Source: Nitrososphaerales archaeon (GTDB lineage Archaea; Thermoproteota; Nitrososphaeria; Nitrososphaerales; UBA213). From it: DNA of 64,000 nt. Where the stretch lies: the NCBI GenBank assembly GCA_965197925.1, contig CBDAOC010000019.1, positions 160,001 to 224,000 of the forward strand. Direction: 5' to 3'. Shown in pieces: positions 30,335 to 41,495 of this stretch. Every line of letters begins with the position of its first letter. Positions within the stretch are counted from its first letter, which is position 1. The translations under genes were made by a program, and so were the position numbers. Below the pieces are notes generated by a model. That model saw only the letters and a list, made by a program, of their open reading frames with translations, was not told the origin of the DNA and did not search any database.

Positions 30335-30577
30335 ATATAGTTATGTTATAACCTAACCTTTATAGCTTCCCGCATATACAGTAGATCGACAAGTGTAATT
30401 AGGATGTTCTGTTAAGTTTCAGAAATGTGTTATCAAGCTATCTATTCTCTATCTTAATCTGCTTCAATATTTCCTTAGCTTGGCTGGGCTGAAAACTCCT
30501 TCCTTGACCAATTCTTTACTACAACATATACTTCTTCGTTCTTGGCACCATCCATTTTTGCCAGATTCATTACATTC

Positions 30578-30757
30578 AGTTTGATATGCCCTGCCTAGTA
30601 ATTTCCTTCATAACAAGACCAGCTAACAGTCCTATCAAAGCACCTAATGCTAAATTTTTTACCCATAAATATTCTTGGATCTTCTTCAACTGATCACGCA
30701 CTTGTTTCAATTTATCATATTCTGTCTTCGGGACTCGTAAATTAACATATGGAATAT
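30578..30757 (-). pseudogene. Small RHH-like/membrane protein cut at its 5-prime end by an IS
   Basis: PYVNLRVPKTEYDKLKQVRDQL...ALGALIGLLAGLVMKE; abuts IS end at 30760. Confidence 0.35.
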
Positions 30758-30759
30758 TA

Positions 30760-31286
30760 GAGCCTATCCTAAAATTCTAGCTGATAGTTAACGATTGGTA
30801 GAAATGATATCATTTAGAATGCAAGAATATTAGTTCATACTGTCAGGTTTAGTTTTCTTACTAATGATATAATTAGTATTGTAGATAGTAGATACTAGAA
30901 ACAGTTGCATTAACGTGTTTATGACACTACCAATATATCGCTCTATGCTATTAGGCACTGCTATTAGGCAGTCAGCAAATTCTGCTAGCACCTGATAATT
31001 TTCCTCCTCGGATTTTTCGACACCTTCCACTGGCATCCGGTTCTTAAAACATGCAGTATTCCATCCCAGCACTTCTAAATGGCACAGCCGCCCTCCAACT
31101 GTTCTTGCCGGTTTCCCTAGTGGCAACACTAGCTTGAACTCTTTCCATAGATCGTCTGGTGTATGCCGTATGGCCGGCATGATCATCTTCTTCCTAGATT
31201 TTCTCACAAATTTAGCTAGAGATAACGGTTCTAGAACTTTTTCGGTATAAGCAATTAGGCTATGATGTTAATTTTCGGACAGGCTC
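30760..31286 (-). mobile_element. Internally deleted IS1031-like element with both TIRs, flanked by TA
   Basis: TA-GAGCCTATCCTAAAATT...AATTTTCGGACAGGCTC-TA; MPAIRHTPDDLWKEFKLVLP N-terminus, then unrelated internal sequence. Confidence 0.8.
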
Positions 31287-31287
31287 T

Positions 31288-31455
31288 AGGATGCTTGGAA
31301 AAAGCAGGTAAACCAATAAAGGAATATTGGGGAAGATCATTTAGCATATTGTTACCAATGATCAGTAACATATTAGGAAATGTGTCTAGTGGCCCTCTAG
31401 TGATATTCAGTAGATGGGCGGCCTGATCAAGCAGAGTTCAAACCAAGTTGCATAA
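31288..31455 (-). repeat. Dispersed non-coding 3-prime-flank element downstream of copy E
   Basis: TGTTACCAATGATCAGTAACA core and CTGATCAAGCAGAGTTCAAACCAAGTTG shared with the copy C flank. Confidence 0.75.
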
Positions 31456-31599
31456 ATAAAAAAAGGGTATCCTGCCTAAGGATAATCCTAGTAAATACCA
31501 CCGGGGTCTACTGACGGACAAAACCACCGTATACTGCCGGGGTTTACATACCCTACTAACGAGCAGTCTGCAGTTATTGGCGTTTGCATGGTAACCATT

Positions 31600-31735
31600 A
31601 CTACGAGATGCCGTGGAGCTCCCATCTCCTCGAGATGTTTATTAAAATCAACTACTCCTACTTGGAGCTCTCCCAATTTTCTTCGCCATAAAAAGTCTCC
31701 TGTTAGTGGAGTAACTAATCCAATTGTTGTTTCAC
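31600..31735 (-). pseudogene. Stub of an ABC substrate-binding domain formerly fused to copy E
   Basis: GETTIGLVTPLTGD...GVVDFNKHLEEMGAP aligns at DNA level with 22100-22235 of copy B. Confidence 0.75.
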
Positions 31736-32274
31736 CCAGTTGTTGTTTCTCTTAGCGTACAAGTTCCACCGCTTGACGCTTGAACGGCAAGTAATATGAC
31801 TGCTTTTTCGTCATCGTCATCATTTGTTTCACTAGCGGCTAGTATTACGTCATCGGTGGCCGGCGCTACAATATTCTCTGGATATATTACTCCAGTAGAG
31901 TTTGGAGCATAACTTATTACTTTATTTGGAGAATTAAATACAATATCCTCATCCTCTTCATTAATTCTGTTCTCTCCAACTAAGACATGGAGGGAGTTCT
32001 CATTTAGAGTTCCCTTCATACTAACAATGACTTTAGTTACTACAAAGCCTGTAGTACAGTCTATCACGTACCTGTCTCCGTCGTCCTGATCCTCATCAGT
32101 GTGTTCTAATACACTCAATGAGATAATTTTACTTTCTAATTCTTCTTGTAAAGTGTCTATCTTAGCTTCTAGACCTGTGTGCACCGTGCTTGCCCTCTCT
32201 ACCGGCATCAAGGCGAATATCCCTGCTATCAATAGCGTTGCTGCCAATATGCCTGGTATTGCCAGTTTGTTCAT
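31732..32274 (-). CDS. Leader-family copy E (leader + coiled coil + A/C-type head, divergent)
   Basis: MNKLAIPGILAATLLIAGIFALMPVERASTVHTG; DGDRYVIDC...GGTCT parallels SGDKFTLDC...GGSCT of A/C. Confidence 0.85.
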   Translation of the reverse strand: MNKLAIPGILAATLLIAGIFALMPVERASTVHTGLEAKIDTLQEELESKIISLSVLEHTDEDQDDGDRYVIDCTTGFVVTKVIVSMKGTLNENSLHVLVGENRINEEDEDIVFNSPNKVISYAPNSTGVIYPENIVAPATDDVILAASETNDDDDEKAVILLAVQASSGGTCTLRETTTG

Positions 32275-32679
32275 TAATTTCCGATTCTTGGAGTTTTATT
32301 TAAACATAATGAACAATTGGTCTAGAATTTTCTGGAATAATGTAAAATATCATGGAGTTAAATTTAATCGCTGGTGTTATTGGTACGGGCATGCAATTAC
32401 TCCAAACCGGTATTTCTTGCATTCCTCGCACTCCAAAACGGAGGTCGGAATGATGAATGCATTGCCGGAAGGATGAAAAGATTGCAACATGTTCATTCTT
32501 AAATTGAATTTTGTTTTTGAATTACACCTTTCTTGTTACTTCTTAAATTCAGGAACCTAGAGCGAACGTACCCGAAATAAAACTATCCGTCAATGGGAAG
32601 GAATGGCCAGACCCTTGACGGGGGAGACTTTTTAGAATTTCCGCCTGATCCTTATTTGTCACCAATGTAATTTGTGGGT

Positions 32680-32838
32680 ATGGACAGGATATACCTCAAG
32701 AAGAAGCAGATTGTCGCGAGTTTTATTAGGAAGCATGGAAATATGGACCACGCAAGGATTCTGAATGAAGTTAATGTTGATTACGATACCCTGATGGAGA
32801 TATTATCGGATCTTAAGCACGAAGGAAGGATTAAATAA
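32680..32838 (+). CDS. Small (52 aa) HTH-like protein not in the ORF track
   Basis: MDRIYLKKKQIVASFIRKHGNMDHARILNEVNVDYDTLMEILSDLKHEGRIK*. Confidence 0.55.
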   Translation: MDRIYLKKKQIVASFIRKHGNMDHARILNEVNVDYDTLMEILSDLKHEGRIK

Positions 32839-33029
32839 ATAACGGCAACGAATCCGTTCTTGTTAAGATGCCGCAACACGGATAATTCCTCCGGGTATTC
32901 CTATTACTGACAACATTTGTCACCCATCACATTTATTGTATCAACAACCTTCCCTTGCCCTGATTGCGTGAACGATACAAATTTGTGATTGGGGGATAGT
33001 GATCCGTCAGTCCAAGTGGCGTTGATTTC

Positions 33030-33560
33030 TTCATCTATTGTTAGTGAACGATTATCAATTATGTCAATGACTCCGGGTTTGCTGATTGCACGGTCAAGGC
33101 GTTGTCAACTTGGGTTGTACCAAATCACATGTGGCTCTCCTGCAATTTGCATAACTGATGTCTCTCTACCTGATTTGATGCCTAGTACAACGATTGCTTA
33201 GCCAACACACGCAATGAAGGCTTGACCGGTTTCTTCCTCAAAGATCCAAACCATGTGGCCTTGCTATAGAAGTGGATAAGAAATCCTTTGTTCCATAGTT
33301 TCCGGTTAGATCATGAACAACCCTGCAGGACCACTAACGCTTACCAAAATATTATCTGACTTGCGATCATATATGCACCAATGCGGCCTACCAGCCGGCT
33401 TTACGTAAGCTAGATGAATGTGCCGCCGGTGTGACTTTGTCAGAATATTCTTGCATACTAGGAACCGTTCTAAAATCAGCGGATATCCAATCCTAAACTA
33501 TGGTTACTGCTAGGAAGATTCTTTGATAAATCTGGATGAGCAAAACTGTTTGGAAGTGGT
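33030..33560 (-). pseudogene. Decayed YVTN/YncE-like beta-propeller protein
   Basis: EETGQAFIACVG*AIVVLGIKSG...IAGEPHVIWYNPS*QRL..AISKPGVIDIID with multiple stops. Confidence 0.45.
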
Positions 33561-34221
33561 TGGTCGATAAGATTTTATCAATAATAAATAGTACGACTTT
33601 AGTGATGCATAATAAATTCAAGAAAAAGGAGCTTTAAGGGCGTTCTGACTAGGACCAAACCCCAAGAATACCCTTGCAGCTGTTATTCGCCCGCACAACC
33701 CAAGAATTGCTGAAAGTCCAAACGGTGTTATGAAAGATGTAGCGAGTGAAACTCCTCCCTTTTGAGTTGGTATTACATTATAAGCTTCCCAATCATCTGT
33801 AACAAGAATAAATACCCCAAGAAAAAATAATGTGCCTGCTATAAGGATAACATCAATTTGTACAATTTGTCTGGCTCCAATTAACAACAAGCTCTACATC
33901 ATGTTAGGCGCATTAAGGGACATGCCATAATAAATTGGCACGTAAACCTAGAATGAACATTTTACCAAGATTCCTTCCTTGGATCGAATATTATGATACG
34001 TTTCATCACATGATAAATTTCGTCATTGAAGCGTTAGGCGCCGAGATCGATGCCTGTCACGGAGGCGGCATCTTTATTATAAGACTAAAATGGGAACATC
34101 ACCTCAAAATTGATGATCATATGCAAGAGCTTCATCAAATATTTAAACTATTAACGATATAGACTAAAGCTAGTTGCATTTCATGATTCTGATAAATTCC
34201 ATACTTGTAGGGATGGTCTGA

Positions 34222-35583
34222 CTGGACGCTTTGATAATAGCAGCGGGAGAGGGAACGAGACAACGAGCTAGAGGTGATTCTAAACCACTAATCCTTGTGC
34301 TTGGACTGTCCCTCATCGAAAGGACAATTTTGACTGCCAAGAAATCGGGAATCACAAAATTCTATATTGTAACAGGATACAATGGTAACCGAATTAGACA
34401 TAGTTTGGGAGATGGGAAAAAATATTGTATAGAAATTGAATATCTTCACAATAACGAATGGGAACGAGGTAATGGCATCTCGGTTCTCAAAGCCAAAAAT
34501 AGCTTAAAGGAACCGTTTATCCTCTTGATGGCTGATCATATCTATGACAGCAGGATACTTGACAGCCTTCTTACAAAAAACGTTAGAAAAGATGAGTGCA
34601 TCCTGTGTATAGACAAAAATTTTCCACCACACTTGAATATAGACGATGCCACAAAGGTCTTGACTGAGGGCAATCTAATTAAAGATATTGGAAAAAAGCT
34701 AAAAAATTACAACGGTATAGACCCTGGCATCTTTCTATGTAATCCAGTTATTTTTGATGCATTGGAAGAAAGTACTGCCAGGGGAGACGACGGCCTTTCT
34801 GGAGCTATCAGAATTTTGGCACAACACGATAAAATGAGATTTGAGATGATTGACGGTAATTTTTGGATAGACGTAGACGATGGTGAAGATCTAAAAAATG
34901 CTGAGCGACTTTTGTATAATAATTTAAAAAAAGAGACTGATGGTCCTGTGTCTAAAACGCTTAACAGGCCAATGTCTCTGTGGATCTCCAAGATTCTTCT
35001 GAAGACAGGCATAACACCAAACCAGGTTTCATTGCTGAGTTTTATCATTGGGATTTCTGGAGCGTCATTATTTTTCCTTGGAGAGTATTTTTATCTGATA
35101 CTGGGAGGAATACTGGTTCAAATCCATTCAATCATAGACGGTTGCGATGGAGAGGTAGCACGGTTAAAGCTAAGAGAGACAAAATACGGAGCATGGTTTG
35201 ATGCAGTTTTGGATAGATATGTCGATGCAGGCATAATTTTGGGATTAACATATGGATACTGGAGTATAAACAACGACGGGTTGATATGGTTAATAGGATT
35301 TGTAGCCCTGACCGGAAGCTTCCTCAATAGTTACACCGGTGACAAGTATGACTCAATTTTTAGAAATGAGGGCAAAGCCATTAGATCTAGAATTAGAATT
35401 GGGAGGGATGTGAGGTTGCTGCTGATAACAGTAGGCGCACTAACCAATCAAATTCCCGTAATGCTGGTGATTGTGGCGGTTTTGGCTAATTTTGAGGCTT
35501 TGCGGAGATTGATAGTGTTCAGGGGTAAAGTAGAGAATGACATAGAAGCGAATGTAAGATCTAGAATTATTCCAGAGGACTAG
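34222..35583 (+). CDS. Bifunctional NTP-transferase / CDP-alcohol phosphatidyltransferase (IPCT/DIPPS-like)
   Basis: LIIAAGEGTR...KPL, GNGISVL, LLMADH, WIDVD; then ITPNQVS and DGCDGEVAR...GAWFDAVLDRYVD; start is CTG 34222 or TTG 34231. Confidence 0.88.
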   Translation: MDALIIAAGEGTRQRARGDSKPLILVLGLSLIERTILTAKKSGITKFYIVTGYNGNRIRHSLGDGKKYCIEIEYLHNNEWERGNGISVLKAKNSLKEPFILLMADHIYDSRILDSLLTKNVRKDECILCIDKNFPPHLNIDDATKVLTEGNLIKDIGKKLKNYNGIDPGIFLCNPVIFDALEESTARGDDGLSGAIRILAQHDKMRFEMIDGNFWIDVDDGEDLKNAERLLYNNLKKETDGPVSKTLNRPMSLWISKILLKTGITPNQVSLLSFIIGISGASLFFLGEYFYLILGGILVQIHSIIDGCDGEVARLKLRETKYGAWFDAVLDRYVDAGIILGLTYGYWSINNDGLIWLIGFVALTGSFLNSYTGDKYDSIFRNEGKAIRSRIRIGRDVRLLLITVGALTNQIPVMLVIVAVLANFEALRRLIVFRGKVENDIEANVRSRIIPED

Positions 35584-35669
35584 CCCAAATAAGGTATGAA
35601 AAAAAGAAAAAAGTTTGTTTTATGTTTTGCAACTAATTGGAAGCTTCGCAGCCCAATGGTATCTCACCA

Positions 35670-35800
35670 TTCTGGCAGGTTTGATATATCGTGACTCTCA
35701 TGCATAACAGCGTATGGCATGTAACACAATGATCTAATGGTGCAATTCGATATGCAATGTCGATATACAATGGGCTAAAACCCATGGTTTCTATAGAGCC
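35670..35800 (-). mobile_element. Left-end fragment of the GGCTCTGTAGAAAC-ended IS5 element
   Basis: CGATATACAATGGGCTAAAACCCATGGTTTCTATAGAGCC is the rc of the 20490 end. Confidence 0.75.
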
Positions 35801-35852
35801 AATTCAGATTAAAAACATATTAATATTACACTGGGAAAAACACGGAACATAT

Positions 35853-36776
35853 ATGGGTAATCCATTTAAGAAATTTAGAAGAGACGGTGAACCAGAGGAG
35901 GCGGTCCGTGAGAGACCTAGACATAGCAGACCCAGGTCACCTGAGAGCAAAACGAAGCTTGGACTTGGGATAGTGACGGCAATAATCATTTTGGTAATAG
36001 TCTCACAGTCCGTAGTAATCGTTGAGGCAGGTCATCGTGGAGTGGTTTTATATTTTGGTGCCGTTGAAGATAGAGTACTTCCTGAAGGCTTCTCCTTCAT
36101 AGCTCCGTTTGTGGAACAGGTTGTACAAATGGAAGTTAGGACCCTAAAGTATGAGGCGGATGCGAGCTCGTCTTCCAGCGACCTCCAAGTAGTATCTACT
36201 GCAGTTGCTTTGAATTTTCATGTAGATCCCGCGGTAGTTCATACAATTTATCAGGAACTTGGAGAAGATTATGCTGCTAGATTAATTGCACCCACCATAC
36301 AGGAATCTGTAAAGGGGAGCACTGCAAAGTTCGTAGCCGAAGAATTGATCACTAAAAGAGAGGAAGCAAAGGCAAGGATTGGTGATACAATCAGTGAAAC
36401 ATTGATCACGAGAGGCTTTATCGTAGAACAGGTCTTCATAACTGACTTCCAATTTTCAGCTGATTTCGCTAGATCAATTGAGCTGAAGGTGGTAGCGCAA
36501 CAGGAAGCAGAGAGAGAGAGAAATGTCCTAGAGAGGGTGCGAGTGCAGGCAGAATCAAGAGAAGCCGAGGCCATTGGTAACGCGAACGCAAACATAGCAC
36601 AGGCAAAAGGTGAAGCTGAAGCAATATTGATAATACAAGAACAACTCAGAGAAAGCCCCGATTATCTAAAGTGGCAGGCGATAAACAAATGGAATGGAAA
36701 ATTGCCAATAGCGATGGGAGGAGGAGGAGCAATGCCATTCATCGATATCACTACCTTAGCTACTCAGCCCGAATAA
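35853..36776 (+). CDS. SPFH/prohibitin (band 7) family membrane protein
   Basis: VEAGHRGVV..FG, SSDLQVV, AEELITKRE, AQAKGEAEA, INKWNGKLP; start moved past the IS end. Confidence 0.9.
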   Translation: MGNPFKKFRRDGEPEEAVRERPRHSRPRSPESKTKLGLGIVTAIIILVIVSQSVVIVEAGHRGVVLYFGAVEDRVLPEGFSFIAPFVEQVVQMEVRTLKYEADASSSSSDLQVVSTAVALNFHVDPAVVHTIYQELGEDYAARLIAPTIQESVKGSTAKFVAEELITKREEAKARIGDTISETLITRGFIVEQVFITDFQFSADFARSIELKVVAQQEAERERNVLERVRVQAESREAEAIGNANANIAQAKGEAEAILIIQEQLRESPDYLKWQAINKWNGKLPIAMGGGGAMPFIDITTLATQPE

Positions 36777-36782
36777 TTGATT

Positions 36783-36955
36783 GAGGCTTGGGCGTAATTA
36801 AGTAGCTCGAACCGATAAGATCATGTTTCTGTTTTTATTGTTGATATGTTTAATTCAGACTCCATACCTCGTATATTATTCTTGATTGGCGTGATTCCTT
36901 GGCCAAATCCTAATAGGAAAAGAGGTAGATCATTCTACTCGCCAACATTAATGCT
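36783..36955 (+). mobile_element. 5-prime fragment of GAGGCTTGG-ended IS
   Basis: Aligns with 4750-4920. Confidence 0.75.
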
Positions 36956-37506
36956 ATATTGTTCTGAGAATTATCCCCATTCTTTAGCTTAATATCTCTA
37001 GTTATCTGGCATTAATGCACCATAACGTTGATGTTATGTGACATAAAGCATTACATAACTTTAATAATTTCAAGCCTTTGCTAACGTGTAAAAATTAACG
37101 TGTTTAGTGATGTTTGAGGGTGTTAAAGTCCAAAGCAACAATGGAAACATAAAGATATTATCTGGACCGCTTCTGCAGACAAACAAGGATTTAGAATACA
37201 TTGCCTTCGGTAACATCGTCAACATTTTTAGGTATTGATGTTCTCTTGGTACTCCAATCCCTCCTAGATCACGATAAACACGAGAATTAGTTGAATAAGG
37301 AATATTTATAAGCAAACATCGAGTGATGTCTAATCAAGTCAACAATTATGGTGGCTAGTTCTTTAGGATCCTTTACTCCTTGCCCTATAATCTGGTCATG
37401 ATTAAGGTTTGTTAATCATGTGCTAATTAGTCAAAATTCCATATTTAAAAAAAGATAATTGGCCAAGTTATGAAAGCTTAAATAGAAAATTTGTGCAATT
37501 ATAAAA

Positions 37507-37644
37507 ATGCCGATAGATCCTGTATGCCGTATCGAATTAGAAGAGGATGATGCTGTTGCCTTAGCCCATGGTGGTAAGACATATTGGTTTTGTTGCGATG
37601 GTTGTAAGAGAATTTTCTTAAAGAGTCCAAGAAAGTACAAGTAA
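37507..37644 (+). CDS. YHS/TRASH domain metal-binding protein (45 aa), not in the ORF track
   Basis: MPIDPVCRIEL...GKTYWFCCDGCKRIFLKSPRKYK; followed by a C/T-rich terminator-like tract. Confidence 0.85.
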   Translation: MPIDPVCRIELEEDDAVALAHGGKTYWFCCDGCKRIFLKSPRKYK

Positions 37645-38137
37645 GCCCCCCTTTTTTTATCTCAATTTTAATGAGGTCGAATTTACCGGAGACATTACCT
37701 CGAATCAAAGGAGTATTGGCTCAGGTCAAAAAAGACATCGAGATTTATTACAATTATCAACCAAATCTTATGAATTCCATATATGGCTAGATTATTTTAA
37801 AAATATAAAACTACCTCTCTTTCCAAACCTTCTATTAGGGATAATATTACCTCTATAGTATGGTTCCTGTCTGATATTATCTACATCGATATAAGAATGT
37901 GAGCTGGCCTACCCTAGTTTTTTCCTGATAATTGATTATTTCGTCAAAGACCCAAGACGCCGGTTATATCATCTTCCTAACTGGATCTTATAAAGAAGAA
38001 GATGGATTACAGTAATCCTAGTACTAGATATACTGTGAATCTAGATTTGATAACTTCCCTTTCATGAAACCGCAATAATCAAATTGCATTGACAAGTCCC
38101 TCTGTTTATTCATAAAATAATATTCTCTCGATATTAA

Positions 38138-39546
38138 ATGATATCATCATTTGAGCTTCAAGCTCAAAACATTGAGGAAGCATTTAGCTCCGTCTTTGAA
38201 AGAGTCACATCTTCTCATGGGAATCAAACAAGGGTCTCAGAATTATCAATTTATCCCAACGATAAGATTCCACCAATTCATGAATTGTTTGATTCGCTTG
38301 GGATTTCTCAACTACTTCAATCTTTGTCACAGTTAGATTTTACAGCGCAGATGTTATTGCTTGGAGTAGGCCTCGTAATCTTCCTAGGGATAGCAGGAGA
38401 ATCATTCTTCAAAAGGACTGGTATTCCCGACATTGCATTTCTCATGATATTTGGTGTAATTCTAGGACCCTTATTAGGAATAGTAGATCAAGAAATAGTA
38501 TTCAAAATAGTACCGTATTTTGCCCCCTTGGCTTTGATAATGATAATGTTTGACAGAGGTCTAAGTTTGGATATACGAAACGTTGTAAAAACTGCACACT
38601 TCGCTGTATTGATTTCTATAGTGGGTTTTGCGGTATCTATTTTGATAGTAACCTTACTTGCAGTTTATGGGTTGAGATGGGCATGGCTTGACAGTATACT
38701 ACTTGGATCCATTGTAGGAGGAAGCAGCTCTATCATTGTGTTTGGATTGGTTAAAAGACTACATGTTTCTGATGAGACGAAATCGATGTTGGGTTTGGAA
38801 TCTGCCATAACAGATATCTTGGCTACAATAGGAGCTTTTCTACTTTTCGAAACAATCCTAACAGGACAATTCGATCTTAATCTAATTTGATTTACTGCTG
38901 CTAAGGCCGTTGCTGTAGGTTTCATCCTTGGCTTTGGAGTTGGGATACCTTGGATGTACGTAACCACGAGGCTTTCAAACGAAGCATTCCTATGCTTACC
39001 ATTGGAATTCTTTTTGTACTTTTCTTCATGGCAAACTCACTGGGAGAATCTGGGGCTCTTACAGCATTAGTATTTGGCATGATGGTTGGAAATAGGAAAC
39101 ATCTATCCAAGTGTCTTAGATGCAACATACGAGAGATATCAACTGATAACACTTTCCATGAACAACTAACATTTTTAGTCAGAGTATTTTTCTTCGTAAT
39201 TATCGGCTTGCTAGCAAGCTTTGGACAAATAGAATATCTCATATTCGGAATAATAGCCGCAGTTTTGATTTATTTAGGAAGAGGAGGAGTGATAAGAATA
39301 TCTCTTACGGGAAGATTCTCCATGGTTGAGAGAAAGATAACCTCAGTCATGATTCCTAGAGGCCTAGCTGCCGCAGTACTGGCTACATACCCCGTGACGC
39401 TCGGCCTTCCAAACGCGGAGGCTTATCCACAAATTGTATTCGTAATAATCATGGCAACAATGATAATTACTACAATAGGCCTTGGCAAAGCGAAGAGGCG
39501 GCCGGGACAGATGCAGACAACCACAAAGATCTACCGACCTGGTTGA
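38138..39546 (+). pseudogene. Cation:proton antiporter (CPA1/NhaP-like), split by frameshift(s) near 38885-38960
   Basis: FFKRTGIPDIAFL, LGLESAITD, FFVIIG, MIPRGLAAAVLA spread over two ORFs. Confidence 0.8.
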
Positions 39547-39825
39547 AATATTCTCGAATTAACTTGCTGTAAATTGATCATCAATCCGTTAGTTTATTGT
39601 AAAAATCATACTTTCTTGGGAATAGGATTACTTCAGAAAGCAGATAACTGATCAAATATAATGCAGTATCCACTTTACCATGGAAAGTATCTTCCAACAG
39701 ATTAAAGAAACAAAGCAGAATAACATTTTCTGTTGTCCTATCGTTTGCAGACTTTAACCTCGAAGGAATACGATACTTACATTGGTATCTGTTCTTAATC
39801 TTGATATACACCCAATCGGTAAAAA

Positions 39826-40206
39826 GGATGAATGATAACCATAGACTGCAAGGATATGAAAGATCTCTTGTTGGAGGCAGCTGTATATCTTGCAGATAAT
39901 ATTGGGGCAGTGCCTGCAATAAAAACTGGATGTATAGCTCTTGATCCACTGACAGGTAGTGAATTAAATACAAACAATGTTAAAACACATCTAGAGGGGT
40001 TCCTTACTGAAAGAGGCATTTTACAACATTTTATCATCAAAGTTGATGGTGAGAAGATCAAGATTACAGCTATTTCAGAAAGGAAGATTGAAGAGAAGAA
40101 TATGCAATCGCCCTTCCTTATGTGTCCTTATTGCGGTTTTGTCACATCTTATGAAGAAGAATTGGATGTGCATATGAAGGCAGATCTTAGTGGTGGCATC
40201 TTTTGA
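39826..40206 (+). CDS. Hypothetical protein with C-terminal zinc-finger-like motif
   Basis: CPYCGFVTSYEEELDVHMK. Confidence 0.65.
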
Positions 40207-40541
40207 GGACTTTTTATCCTCCTTCCACTTTGCCTACCAATTCTCATCGTCATCGTGTTTCCGCGAATTTTGTTCTGGTAGATGTGAACCGCTAAAGTTT
40301 GCCTTTCTCCTAAGGCAGAACCTCCTCCTAAATGCAAGGGGAAAAATTATAGGAAAAAAAAGGAATAAGAAAAATATGTCTAGTAGTAGAGATATTGCCG
40401 TTACAGCTATAGATGCCGCGCACAGGATCCAGATTAAATTACTTTTATACAATTCATAGGTAGTTAGTATAGGGGCTTTAAATTCAATTTGCACCCATGT
40501 GCTCACTTCTGGTAGGTTTCATATAGAAGATAATTGATTCC

Positions 40542-41495
40542 AACTCTGTAGAAAACATACCATAAATACAGTCAATCTATGCATGTTGTAGGCTATCACT
40601 ATGAACAGCAGCCCCCATTCTGCATCTTCATCAATCTTGATGCTATATGCACACCAAATGCGTTTTACTATAGACATTATCGTCTCATTCTTGTTTCTAT
40701 GATGATATAGACTTGTATAGAATCTCCTCTTCATTTGCTTGCTGTATCTTTCATGGGTTCTCCATATTGAAACATCTTCATATCTAGCTGGTATGATACC
40801 AAGAACATTAAGTTCTTCCCTTACAAATTCATGATTTGCTTCGCTATCAATGCCCTTGCCTGCTACAACTATAGATAGTATAATTATGTTAGAAGTTCTT
40901 TCCATAATTGGTCTGAATTCTATGGTATCGTGTAGGTGCCCTTCTTATCTTCAATTAGAATGCTATTTTCTCTCTTAATTAAACACCTGCCGATAGCTTG
41001 ATATACTTTTTCCTTATTTCTTTTCTATCCTTATAGCATGATGATGCATTACTGGATCTGAATCCAGAAGCATCTATTCCTACCAACTATTTCCTAATCT
41101 TGGTAAGAAGTATGAATGAAGAAAACATTCTTTATAGTATGTTGCCATCTATCTTTGCAGCAAATTTCTGAAGCTTTGTGTAATATGGGACTCTAACTGT
41201 AGGTACATTCTAAGTTAGATTGCTTCATGGAGCTATTCCACGAACCATTTGTGTCTCTTTTCATCATACTGTCTTAGGGCTAGAAGGATAAGGTGTATCT
41301 ATCCAGTATAGATGTGATTGCTCTCCCTGTGCATGTGTAGAGGCACTCTAGCCCGCATCAAAACATTGAGCATCGTTTTGACAAGTTTGACAGACCTTTA
41401 TTCCTTCATAAGTAGGCATTAGTATCATTTAGCACATTGTTCTCATGCTGCAATTCTTTATACAACGGGCTAAAATCTATGGGTTCTACGGAGCC
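40542..41495 (-). mobile_element. Degenerate full-length copy of the GGCTCTGTAGAAAC-ended IS5 element
   Basis: Ends AACTCTGTAGAAAACAT and ATGGGTTCTACGGAGCC; GIDSEANH...YHHRNKNETIMS...VIAYNMHRL. Confidence 0.85.
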
